From Octopus sinensis (taxonomy: Eukaryota): a DNA stretch of 64,000 nt. Under the pieces are notes generated by a model. That model worked only from the letters and a program-made list of their open reading frames with translations. It ran no database searches and had not been told where the DNA came from. Position numbers and translations under genes: made by a program. The stretch spans positions 24,366,001 through 24,430,000 of the forward strand of contig NC_042998.1 in assembly GCF_006345805.1 (NCBI RefSeq), written 5' to 3'. Position 1 is the first letter of the stretch. Every line of letters begins with the position of its first letter. Positions 49,891 to 62,439 of this stretch are shown here, piece after piece.

Positions 49891-50639
49891 CTTAATGCCT
49901 CAGTTTTCAGTTTTCTCAATAAATGTAAAAATCCCCTTCGGTCATGAATGACCATGAGACTGCACTTGGAATGTTACCCTCTGAGGCACAATTCAGGCAA
50001 GGTTGTTTGTGGAAGCCAGCAGTCACCCCTACATACCAGCCTCTCCTCTCCATGCCTCTGATGTTATCCAGGGAAAGGCAAAGGGGCCGATACAGCTTGG
50101 TACCAGTGACGTCCCAACTCATTTCTACAGCTGAGTGAAGTGAAGCAACATGAAATAAAGTGTCTTGCTCAAGAACACAACACAGAGTCCGGTCTGGGAA
50201 TCAAACTCACTACCTCATGATTGTGAAACCGATGCTCTAATCACTGAACCACAATGTAATGCCATACAAAAAGTATTATCACAACTGCATTAAAGGTCTC
50301 TCATATGGTAAGTGTCCCACTAGGCAACAAGATGGGCCTGGTCAATTTATCTACTGCTATGAAGATTAGGAGAAAATGATAGCAAAATGACAATAAGACT
50401 CTGATGGAATGTTACTATAGAAGAGAGTCTGACAAAGAAAAAGGATGTGTAAAATATGGATAATGAAAGGTACTCTCGGAGTGGTTGGCTTTAGGAAGGG
50501 CATCCAGCTGTAGAAACTCTGCCCGATCAAGATTGGTGCCTGGTGCAGCCATCTGGCTCACCAGCCCTCAGTCAAAATCGTCCAACCCATGCAGGCATGG
50601 AAAGTGGACGTTAAACGATGATGATGATGTTCTCTTTCA

Positions 50640-52500
50640 CAGAACAGAGACTTCTAGACTAGAAAACATTGAACTGTAAAAAGACAGTGGCTATCCCAGT
50701 TGGAGCTGGGTGACATCTTCAAAGCAGAAAAAGTTTGAAAAACATGGTTATGTTGAAGAGGAGGAAACCAAAAGAATATAGCAGAGTGCAACGATTAATC
50801 ATGGGAGAAATGAAAACGAAAATTAAATTTTCTTTGTGATAGGAAAGGATTTTACTGAGAAGAAAAGGAGCTTACTGCAACAGCTAAATAAGATTCAGGT
50901 GAGTGAAAGAAAGAGTGCACCAACTTTGAGAGGAATTAAATGAAAGTCTATGCAAAGTAGCAAGAAAGCTGGATGAGCTGTTAATGAAACTCTATTTTGA
51001 AAGTATGACAGATCTAAATGACTTTATGTACTATGAAGTGTCTGCTGCTGTGAAAATTCTTGGTGTTAAAAGTTAAGGAAAAGCAGAAAATAAAGAACTA
51101 TGGTGGAAATGGAGACTTGAGGATCAAATTGAATGGGGGAAGGATAAATGCAATGATTGAAAAGAATTTGGTAAAGGAAAGAAACATAAACGAGCTCCAA
51201 AGGAAATAAATTAGCAACAGATTATTACAGGTAACAGATTATTACAGGTAACTAACAAAGAAGTAAGATGAAAAATTAATACAATACTAGGTAAGACAAC
51301 AAGAAACCAACATGGAATAAACCAATATCAGCAGATCAAAGTCTTCAGAAACAATGAAATGAAATTTTACTGACAATTGAACAATGAGAAGGAATATCAA
51401 GGAACTGATATGACAAATACTGAAGCAGCAAGGAACTTTTGGTCAGACATTTGGAACAAAACAAGTTCAACATAACAGGGAAATTGATTGGTTACAGAAA
51501 TTTTTAAATGGAATGGAAAATGGACCAAAGCAAAAGAATATAAAAATGGATTTCAAATTTTGTCACAAGGCAAAAATTGTGATTTCAGGGGAGCAGATAA
51601 TTGATTGGCGAGCTGGCAGAACCGTTAGCACGCCGGGCAAAATGCGTAGCCGTATTTCGTCTGTCGTTACATTCCGAGTTCAAATTCCGCCGAGGTCGAC
51701 TTTGCCTTTCGTCCTTTCGGGGTCGATTAAATAAGTACCAGTTACGCACTGGGGTCAATGTAATCAACTTAATTTGTTTGTCTGTCCTTGTTTGTCCCCT
51801 CTGTGTTTAGCCCCTTGTGGGTAATAAAGAAACATATATTGGCCCCAGTGTTTAACAGGTACTTATTTTTATTGACTCTGAAAGTATGAAAGGTAAAGTT
51901 GACTTTGGTAGAATTTGATCTCAGAATGCGAAGATGGGTGAAATATCACTAAGTATTTTGCCTCATGTGCTAAAAGTTCCACCAGCTCACCATCTTGAGA
52001 GAATATCAATATTAAAGATGAAAATTTGGAAAAGATGCGAAAGAAAATAACAAACTGGAAAGCTCTGACCAAATTGTGTTTTGGGATTTTGACTAAAAAA
52101 TCTCTCAGGCATGCACAGCTATATACAACCATTTCCTACTGACTGTATAGAAATGCCAACAGAAATGGCAACATGGATAACAAAAGGGGAGATGGTACAA
52201 ATAGAGAAAGACAACAAAAAGAGAAGGAAAGTCTGTAATTATTGGCCTTTTTAACATGCTTACCATTACACTCTGAAAATTGTTAACAGGCCTCGTAGGA
52301 AATGAATTGCATAGCTTTTTCTGAAGAAGAAGCAGAAGCAATTAGCAGAGGAGGAAAAAGATGCAGAAAGAAATTGTAAGAACTTCTGATCTGCTGTATA
52401 GTGATAGCATGATGTCAAGTGAGGCATGAATAAGAAAGAACCTAGCTTTTGACTGGATAGATTACAAGAAAGCCAACGATAATGTTTCACATCGTTGACT
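50640..52500 (+). mobile_element. Heavily decayed R4/Dong-like (RLE-type) LINE RT region, interrupted by SINE S2 copies
   Basis: Motif remnants WWKWRLE, FWSDIW, ITNWKA, SNYWP..CLP, TSDLLYSD, WIDYKKANDNVSH; many stops and frameshifts. Confidence 0.7.
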
Positions 52501-53490
52501 CTTGCAGTGCCTGAGCACACTCAAGATCAATGTGGTAAGCATTTAAAGGCAAAATCGCCCTCAGCAGTGTTTGAACACAGAAGGCTACGAGGCATTTTGT
52601 CTGGTGCATTACCGATTCAGCCAATAATTGTGATTTTAAACTTTGGCAATAGATCAGCGGTTTTGAGGGAAGAGGTGGTTAATTATATCAACCCCAGACT
52701 TCAGCTGGTACTTCTGAATGGATGAAAAGTAAAGTTCACCTTGGTGGAAGGAATTTGAACTCAGAACATAAAGATGAACAATATGCTGCTCAGCATTTTG
52801 CCTAGCATGTTAATGATTCTGCCCCTTAATTCAGTCAATCATCATCATCATCGTTTAACGTCCGCTTTCCATGCTGGTATGGGTTGCATGGTTTGACTGA
52901 GGACTGGTGAGCCAGAGGCTGCAGCAGGCTCCATCTGATCTGGCAAAGTTTCTACAGCTGGATGCCCTTCCTAACGCCAACCACTCTGAGATTGTAGTGG
53001 GTACTTTTACATGCACCGGCACGAGGGCCAGTCAGGTGGTTCTAGCAATGACCACGCTCAAAAGGTGTTGTTACGTGCCTCCTGCACAGGAGCCAGTCCA
53101 GTGGCACTGGCAACGACCATGCTCAAAAGGTGTTTTTACGTGCTACCTGCACGGGAGCCAGTCCAGCAGCACAGGCAACAATCATGCTTGAATTGTGCAT
53201 TTCATGAGTCACCGGCATGGGAGCCAATTCGTGGACCTGGCAACGATCACACTTGGATGTGCAATAATAATAATCTTTTCTACTCTAGGCACATGCCCTC
53301 AATATTTGAGGAGGGGGGGCCAATCGATTAGATCAACCCCAGTACACAACTGGTACTAAATTTATTGACCCTGAAAGGATGAAAGGCAAAGTCAACCATG
53401 ACAGAATTTGAACTCAGAATGTAGCAACAGATGAAACACTGCTAAGCATTTTGCCCAGCGTGCTAACAATTCTGCTAGCTCACCACCTTC

Positions 53491-53528
<38 letters not shown>

Positions 53529-53577
53529 GTAATGATAATAATAATAATAATAATATAATAATAATAATAAAAAAAAA

Positions 53578-54105
53578 ATGCCCTGAAGCAGTGCCAGGCA
53601 GTGGCTCTCATGGCTTCTCATCTTAACTGATTGGAAGTGTTATCATGTACATTGTTTTGTCTTGGTATAAAAGATGGGCTACAGCAAATATTCTGCTCAA
53701 TACTACAGATTTGCTTGTCAGTTGTTTGACCGTAACCAGTTGAGCATGTCCCTTAGTGGCTGACGATATGTGCATCTCTGATCAAGAGCAGAAGTAATGG
53801 GGGAGCATCATAGCCATGTGTTGAGAGGGATTCTTTGGGGGTTTTGTTCATCATCCTTAAACAACCCTTATTCAGGGACCTTTTGAATGGGACGGGCTAC
53901 TCGCCCCGAAGAAAATTATTACTGGGCCTCACCTACTAGGTCATACACTGTTTATCTTGATATGACATCAGCATGTCACACACACATAGTTGTGATGCAT
54001 GTGCCTGGTGTACCCTTATCAGATGGGTAGTCATGATGGGTATACTGGGCTTCGCATATTTGTACCTCAGTGTCACTTTGATGGCATGCACTGCTTTCTC
54101 ACTCA
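53578..54105 (+). mobile_element. Family D, longest copy, (AAT)n on both sides
   Basis: Homologous end to end with 1712-2269. Confidence 0.8.
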
Positions 54106-54108
54106 ATA

Positions 54109-54140
<32 letters not shown>

Positions 54141-54144
54141 GATG

Positions 54145-54450
54145 TGGAGGTGTTGTGGCCCAGTGGTTAGAGCAGCGGACTCGTGGTCGGAGGATCACAG
54201 TATTGATTCCCAGACCAGGCATTGTGTGTGTTTATTGAGCAAAAACACCTAAAGCTCTACGAGGCTCTGGCAGGGGTGGGGAGTGGCAGTCCCTGTTGTA
54301 CTCTTTCGCCCCAACTTTCTCTCACTCTTTCTTTCTGTTTCTTGAGTAACGCTGTGATGGACTGGCATCCCATCCAGCTGAGGGGAACACATATGCCATA
54401 GAAACCGGGAAACCGGGCCCTTGAGCCTGGCTAGCCTTGAAAAGGGCGCA
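54145..54450 (+). mobile_element. tRNA-headed SINE (S3-type head, GATGGACTGGCATCCCATCCAG body)
   Basis: A box TGGCCCAGTGG; reverse-complement relative at 40610-40915. Confidence 0.7.
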
Positions 54451-54476
54451 AAAAAAAAGATAGTAATAATAATAAC

Positions 54477-54508
<32 letters not shown>

Positions 54509-55024
54509 CAACAACAACAACAACAACAATGATGATAATAATAATAATAATAATAATTCTTTATTATTACCATAAATGTGATGAATGAGGGGAAATTACG
54601 AAAAGTGTTGGGTGCTTGCATTGAAATTAAATATAATGGTTTCTTTTATTTGTCACAAGGGTAATGGATGAAGCAAGCATTATAAGGGACAATTTAGGAA
54701 ATGGTTATTATTTTTAGCGGGTTGAAAGAACATATAGATTCTCTTCCCTTCACTTGTAAACTAATTCATTTATTCTGTTACTGTGACTATATGTATAAAA
54801 AAAAGATATGTGAAGACACATTCTTGAGAAGACAAATGAATATTCACACAAACCCATAATAGCAACATGAAGAAAAAAAAATGCAATTCAAGGAAGATGC
54901 TAGGAATCTATCAATACTGAGTAAACAGAAGACAGGAAACTCAAATATTAGAATATGGAAGCAAAATAATATATATTAAGAAAATACAATATCACATCAA
55001 GGAAAAGAAGTCACAGTAAAAAAG

Positions 55025-55056
<32 letters not shown>

Positions 55057-55067
55057 GGATAGATTGC

Positions 55068-55153
<86 letters not shown>

Positions 55154-55189
55154 TGTATATATATATAGAGAGAGAGAGAATGAGAAAGA

Positions 55190-56030
55190 CAAGAAATATC
55201 AGCAAAGACACAACATATTAAGCAATTTGGGAGGCATGAATGCTTCTTTAAACATAATGAACTATTTGAAAGAAAACCCAGAACATTCTATAGAAGATTA
55301 AATAAGTCAAACATAAAGATTAAAGAATCACCAACAAAACCAGAAATAAAGAAATATTGAGAAAACGTATGGAAGAAAAGCAGCAGTCAGTTACGGCGAA
55401 AAGGCAGTGTGGATTACAGAGGAAACCGAACAAAAGAGAAGGGAAAAAAATATACATATAATATATAGAAAAATAGATAAAAATTAAAGAACCAGAATGC
55501 TAAAATGGAATCGACTGAAACTGATAGAGTGCCAAACGTTTGGTTGAAATATCATATAAACACACCCAAAGTTCTTGTAAGACTTTTTAACATTCAGTTG
55601 GAACAATCACAAATAATATGAGAGGCTGGTTAATGGAAATCAAAGTAACTTGTATCCACCAAGATCTAGACACCATCAGCCGAAGAATTATTATCAACTG
55701 ATCACCTGTCTATCAATAATGTATAAAACATTGATATCTGTACTTTCTGGCAAACTGTTTTTCACACTAGGAAAACACAAAATCATATCAAAAGAGCAGA
55801 GAACATTTTTTTATAAAGGGGTGTCTGGTTTATAAAGACCAAACTGTGTGATAATCATTGATATTAAGGAGAGCATGTAAATAACAAAATATCTCAGAAT
55901 AGCATGGATTAACTATAGTAAAAAAGTAACTTTTGATGGCATCCCACACTCTGGGATTTGGAAATACTGCAAAATATAAGATAATTCCATAAATTAGCAG
56001 TTTGGCAAAGAATGATTGATGGAAGAAGTA
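55190..56030 (+). mobile_element. Decayed R4/Dong-like LINE RT fragment
   Basis: KNYYQLITCLSIMYKTLISVLS...IISKEQR, YKDQ, LRIAWINY..K.FDGIPHSG match NYRPITCL / EQKG / WIDYxKAFDSVPH. Confidence 0.7.
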
Positions 56031-56182
56031 CCGGGCCTAACCCTTTAGCATTTAAATTGGCCATGACCCGCCAAAATATTCTAGTTAATCCAAACATGAA
56101 CAAGCAAGAAAAACAACAACGTGAGGACATGGAGTAAGTACAGTGTTATTGGACGCTCAGGAAAGGAAAGAAAAGAAAGTGG

Positions 56183-56217
56183 ATTTCACGTTTCGAGCAG
56201 AGCTCTTTGTCAGAAAT
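56183..56217 (-). ncRNA. Decayed hammerhead motif (family H2)
   Basis: ATTT CTGACAA A GAGC TCT GCTC GAA ACGT G AAAT; G8A and N17=G, so probably inactive. Confidence 0.5.
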
Positions 56218-57309
56218 ATAGAAAAAGTCCAAAGAAGGGAAGACGGAGAAAGAAAATCACCAACGATACACACGTGGTCACATATTGAAAATCAAAATAT
56301 TTTACTTGTTTTATGTTAAAACTAGCCAGACCCTACCTCTCACACTTACCCTACAACACCATTCTAAAAATAAACACTCACATCTTCGAAATTTTAAAGG
56401 TATGATTAATTCAAAACAATGAGAATAATAAGCATTATGCTTGACAGAATAATCATCATCGTTTATTATCTGCCTTCCATGCTAGCATGGGTGGGACGGT
56501 TTCACAAGAGCTGGCCAGGCAGAAGCTTGTGCCAGACTTCTGTGATTGCTTTGACTGGATTTTTTACAGCTGGATGCCATTCCTAGTACCAACCACTCAG
56601 CAGAGTGGACTTAGTGCTTTTTACATGGCACAAGCACAGGCGAGGTCAGTTTTGGCAAGTCTTTTTACAGCTGGATGTTCTTTCAAATACCAATCAATTT
56701 ACAATGCGGACTGGGTGCTTTTTAAGTGGCACCTGCACTGACAGGGTCACTGAGTACTTGTAAGAAAAAATTTTTTTTTTTAAATCAAAAAAAAAATCTG
56801 AATGTTAAAAGATTAAAATAATACTGGTGATGATTTGATTGACAAAACCCCATCAAGATGGTGCTCCAGCATGGGCTGAATCCAATAAATTAAACAAGTA
56901 AAGTATGAAAGAATGTCGTGGCACATTCTTCAAGTAGGATGTAATTCTAGGGAGATTTGGTTGCTATTTTTAGCTGTTGAAGTGACTTGATAAAGGGTTT
57001 TTCTTTGGGCTTAGGAAATATAGAGGTTGCAAAGAATAAAGACAGCACACAGGCTGTAAAATAACTAAAAAAAAAACACCATGAAACAAAGTCTCATAGG
57101 TATTAAAGTAAGATAACAAAATATATCTGGGGTGGGAATCCCTTAGTCTGCACCCAGTTCTGCAATTACCAGTTAATATAAGTCTCTAATAACCAGTATA
57201 TAAAAAAAAATTTTTAAACCATTTAATTCTTAGGACCAAAACATTAATTTGATATAAGTTGCAGGCATAAGGTAGCAAGCTGGCAGAATCTTTAACATGC
57301 CAGGCTGCA

Positions 57310-57341
<32 letters not shown>

Positions 57342-58672
57342 TATCATCATCGTTTAACGTCCGCTTTCCATGCTAGCATGAGTTGGACGATTTGACTGAG
57401 GGCTGGCAAACCAGATGGCTGCACCAGGCTCCAATCTTGATCTGGCAGAGTTTCTACAGCTGGATGCCCTTATTCTGAGTTCAAATTTCACTGAGGTCGA
57501 CTTTGCCTTTTATTCTTTCAGGGTTAATGAATTAAGTACCGGTTGAGCATTGGGGGACTTATGTAAATGTCTTACTCTCTGCCCCCCAAAATTTCAGGCC
57601 TTGTGTCTACAGTAGAAAGGATTTAAGATGGGACAAAACTTCTTTTGTATCTTGTGAATCCTTCACAAGATATCAGGTTAACTGAGGCTGTAGTACATGA
57701 CACTTGTCTCAGGTGCCATGCAGTGGAACTGAACCTAAACTCATGTGGTTATGAAGCATGCTCCTGAACCATATAGTTATACTTGCACTGTGTTCATAAA
57801 TTATTTTTTAAAATCATTTAACAAACAAAATCCGATATTATTAAGAATGGTGCTTTTTACGTGCCACTGGCACAGGTACCAAGGGAGTCTGGCACTGATT
57901 GTGGCCGCTGCCAGACTCCCCTGGCACCTGTGCCGGTGGCATGTAAAAAGCACCCACTACACTCACGGAGTGGTTGGCGTTAGGAAGGGCATCCAGCTGT
58001 AGAAACACTGCCAGATCAGACTGGAGCCTGGTGCGGCCTCCTGGCTTCCCAGACCCCAGTCGAACTGTCCAACCCGTGCTAGCGCAGAAAACGGATGTTA
58101 AACGATGATGATGATGATGGTGATGATGAGACTGGCAGATTGGCAGAATGAATAGAGTGCCTTGTGGTAGTTGGTTACAGCTTTTTATTATCTGACTTCA
58201 AATCCCACCAAATGTGACTCTACCTTTTATTTTTTCTAGGGTGTTAAAGTAACTTGGTACTCATTATTTACTGGGGTCATTTATAACTGACTCCTCCTTT
58301 AGCCACAAAAATTTGCAAATTTGTACTTCTGTTTGAAATCCTTCTTGTAAAATACAAAAATGTCAGAGATAGATTAATAAATAGTTAATGCTTTGAGAAA
58401 AATACCTTGTAGTATTTATTCCAACTCTGGAGTTCAAAGGTCAATTTTGACTTTCAAGATCAAAGCAAATATATTTAATATTGTTGTCAAATGCATTCTA
58501 TTTCTGAAATATAAAAGATAAGGTGGTCACATCTAGATTATATTTGATGGTTGTACTGTTTGACAAGGTTTAAGCTGAGATTAACCCTTTTGTTATTACA
58601 TTTCTGATGAAATACACAACCATTGTTAGAATTCATTTAAAAAATAATGAAGAATTTAATATAACTTGTTTG

Positions 58673-59069
58673 TAGGAGTGGCTGTGTGGTAAGTAGCTTG
58701 CTTACGAACCACATGGTTCTGGGTTCAGTCCCACTGTGTGGCACCTTGGGCAACTGTCTTCTACTATAGCCTCGGGCCAACCAAAGCCTTGTGAGTGGAT
58801 TTGGTAGATGGAAACTGAAAGAAGCCCGTCGTATATATGTATATGTATGTATGCATGTGTGTGTGTATATGTTTGTGTGTCTGTGTTTGTCCCCCGACAA
58901 ACCGATGCTGGTGTGTTTATGTCCCCATAACTTAGTGGTTTGGCAAAGGTGACCGATAGAATAAGTCCTAGGCTTACAAAGAATAAGTCCTGGGGTCAAT
59001 TTGCTTGACTAAAGGCGGTGCTCCAGCATGGCCACAGTCAAATGACTGAAACAAGCAAAAGAGTAAAAG
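58673..59069 (+). mobile_element. SINE S1 copy
   Basis: S1 head to tail. Confidence 0.85.
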
Positions 59070-61681
59070 TGTTATTAAACTAGTGTTCGGAATGTAAATT
59101 AATAAAGAATTTTTATAGGTTTTAATTTAGATTGCTTTAAAACAAGGAATTTTTAACATGGAGCCATAGACAGTCTTGGGTTGTTTGGTATCAAAAGCCA
59201 ACAATACCAGAGAAACAAACAGACAGAGAACAAAGATAACAGAAGGACCAGAATGAGTGGGAGACAAAAAGAAGCAAGATTCTGGTGGGGAAAATCAGGG
59301 ATATTTGGGGCCGGTGTCAGTAAGGGAATGTTTGGTAACAGCAAAGGTCAGTTTTACAATGTCAGCTTTGGTTTACGTTCTTTTTGGGGTTGATATATTA
59401 AATTGGAATGATTCAAATGACTGATCTTCCCACAAAAGTTTTGAACCCTTGTGCTTCATTTAACGTCCATTTTTCATGCTAGCATGGGTTGGATGGTTTG
59501 ACTGGGGTCTGGGAAGCCAGAAGGCTGCACCAGTCTGATCTGGCAGTGTTTCTACAGCTAGATGCTCTTCCTAACGCCAACAACTCTGTGAGTGTAGTGG
59601 GTGCTTTTTACGTGCCACCGGCACAGGGGCCAGAGGAGGCTGGCATCGGCCCTGTTCAGATGGTGCTTTTTATGTGCCACTGGCAAGGGTATCACAACTA
59701 CAATTTCCATTTGATTTTTATTTTGATGTTGATGTACTTAACTCTATAGGTCTCCTCAACCACAGCAGGTCACCCCACAATCCAAGGTAAATAATATCCT
59801 ATAATAATAATAATAGTCTCAAATTCTTTGTAAGAATTCATGATTGTAGCAGACAAAAGTCTCTAAAGAGAACTTCAGAGAGAAAGGAACCAGCCAATAC
59901 GTGGGGAACACAACTGAATGAGAAAAATGAAACAAAAGTCACAACAGGTATGGCTGCTTGGTAAGAAGTTTACTTCTCAGCCACGTGGTTCCAGGTTCAG
60001 TCCTACTGCGTGGCACCTTGCACAAGTGTCTTCCAATATAACTTCAGGCTGATCTAAACCTTGTCAGTGGATTTGGTAGATGAAAACTGAAAGAAGCCTG
60101 TCATGTAAATATATGTGTGTGTGTGCATGTGTATGTGTGTATGCATGTGTGTGTGCATGCATGTATGAGCATGTGTGTGTGCATGTATGTATGTATGAAT
60201 GTGTGTACATCTCTGTATCTGTGTTTGTTTCTCACTAACGCTTGAAAACCGGTGTCGGTGGGTTTATGACCCCCATAACTTAATAATACTTCAGCTAAAG
60301 AGAGCGATAACAGAAGTACCAGGCTTTAAAAAAATATAAAAAAGAAGTACATGGGGGGGGTGAATTTATTCAACTAAAAATTCTTCAAGGTGGTGCCCCA
60401 GCATGGCCACAGTCTAATGACTGAAACAAGTGAAAGATAAATGATAAAAAAATAAATAAAAAATAACCCTATCAAAAATGAAATTTTTGGTAAAGAAACC
60501 AAGGAATATCTTCCAATAATAACGTAGCTATTGTATTTGGCAAACTAGAAAATTACACTAAAGAAATTTCAGAAAATTGACAAATTCTTTGATATTAGAT
60601 TAGAATATCAATTCTGGGTAATATCAGTCTGAAAATAATATGAATATTTTGAAGTGAAGATGTAAATATTTCAGGAAAATAACTTGTTGGTTAGTTTTAT
60701 CATTCTGTTTTATCATTCATGAAACATCTAAAAGTTGGAAAATTTAAGTAGTTTGGTCTATTGTAATATATAATAATATTATTCATCAACACATCCAATA
60801 CTTACAAAAAAAAATAATAATAATAACAAAAAAATACAATAAAAAATGCAATGTTAGAAAACCCACATCAAATAACTGTTAATATTATATCAAAGAAAAT
60901 GGCAAAATTAATATCTCCCATGGGAAATAGATGCGTAGTTTCCATATAATCTAATATGGCATTTTAATATTGATATCAAACAAAACGATACTACATGGTT
61001 ATATAAAATGTGTCTAGCAATGCTGCCATTGAGTATATAAATCAAAGAATTGATAAACTTTAATAATATGTTGAGAGCCTGAAGAAGCTATAATCATTTA
61101 ACAAAAAAGACGATGAAGCAATAATAATAAAGTCGGGAAGTTGTCACCATCATGACTTTGATAGCTGGAAATAATGCCATAAGAATGATAGCAGTCTTGG
61201 CACAATTTCAAGTAATGAAAAATGTTGTACATACTTAAGATGTAATATATACATATATACATACATACACACATACATATATATGTGTGTGTGTGTGTAT
61301 TTCTATATGTATATATGTATGTATGCATTCATCCATGTATGTATGCATACATGCATGCATATATGTATGTATATGTTTATATATATATATGTATATATAT
61401 ATTCATATATACACACATACACACATACACGTCTATACATACATACGTATGTACGTATGTATGTGTATATATATATATATATATAGATAGATAGATAGAT
61501 ATTATTTATGTATATATGTATGTATGTATGCATGTATATATATGTTATGTATGTATGTCATTATCCAGTTTTATTTCAAGATTTCTTGCCAATAGGGAAA
61601 AAGTCAGTTTCTAACCAAGATCCAAGGATACTTCATTGGAATTACAACATCAACAACAGGGTATTTTTGTATGTATGTATG

Positions 61682-61713
<32 letters not shown>

Positions 61714-61811
61714 TGTATGTATGTATGTATATGTTTAGATTTGTATGTTCTGTTTTATGTAAGTATTCTCATGCATATAGTTTTCATATCTAGACATGCT
61801 CATATATATTT

Positions 61812-62439
61812 AAATGATAAACTTCTGGAAAGTTTTACAGATTTTTACAGTTCCAGTGATGGATTGGATCTGTAGTCTTCGAATTAGCTTTCTCCTTCCT
61901 GGTTTTGAAAAGCCTAATTTCTCAAGATTAGTATTTAGGCAGTGTGTTACATATTACAGAGCCCCAATAACTACAGGTATAAACCTGAACTTGTAATCTG
62001 GATAGAGTACCTGCAGATTTCTCAATAGTTCAGTATAGGTGTTCTCTTTTTCACTGATCTTCAGCTTTATGTTAACATCCGCTTGACAGCTAATTTCCAC
62101 AACTATGCACAATTTCTCTTCTCTATCCCATGCTAGCATGGAAAACAGACGTTGATGATGATGATCCCAAATCATTATATCAGGTCTGTTGTGTTTACAT
62201 TTTATTGAAATTTTCACTGGTACATTCCACCAGTATTCCTATTTATTATGAGTGGCTATAGCTTCTACCATACTGTGAGTTCTTATTTCTTTGTACTCAG
62301 GGTTATCCTTTTGATGGATCTTGTAATACAGTGTCCTAGCTACAATATCATGTCTCATTGGTAGATTGTTATGGGGATAATGATGATTATAGAACACTCC
62401 TCCCATGTGATATGTGGTTGTGCTAGTCATTACAAATAC
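61812..62439 (-). mobile_element. R4/Dong-like LINE C-terminus with restriction-like endonuclease domain
   Basis: RHDIVARTLY, RPDIMIWD, IVVEISCQADVNIKLKISEKENTY, PVVIGAL, LQIQSITGTVKICKTFQKFII*. Confidence 0.85.

Noticed and set aside
59181-59393. ORF with FG-like motifs (GIFGAG, GMFGNS)
   Set aside because: Short, no convincing splice sites or recognisable family; cannot be supported
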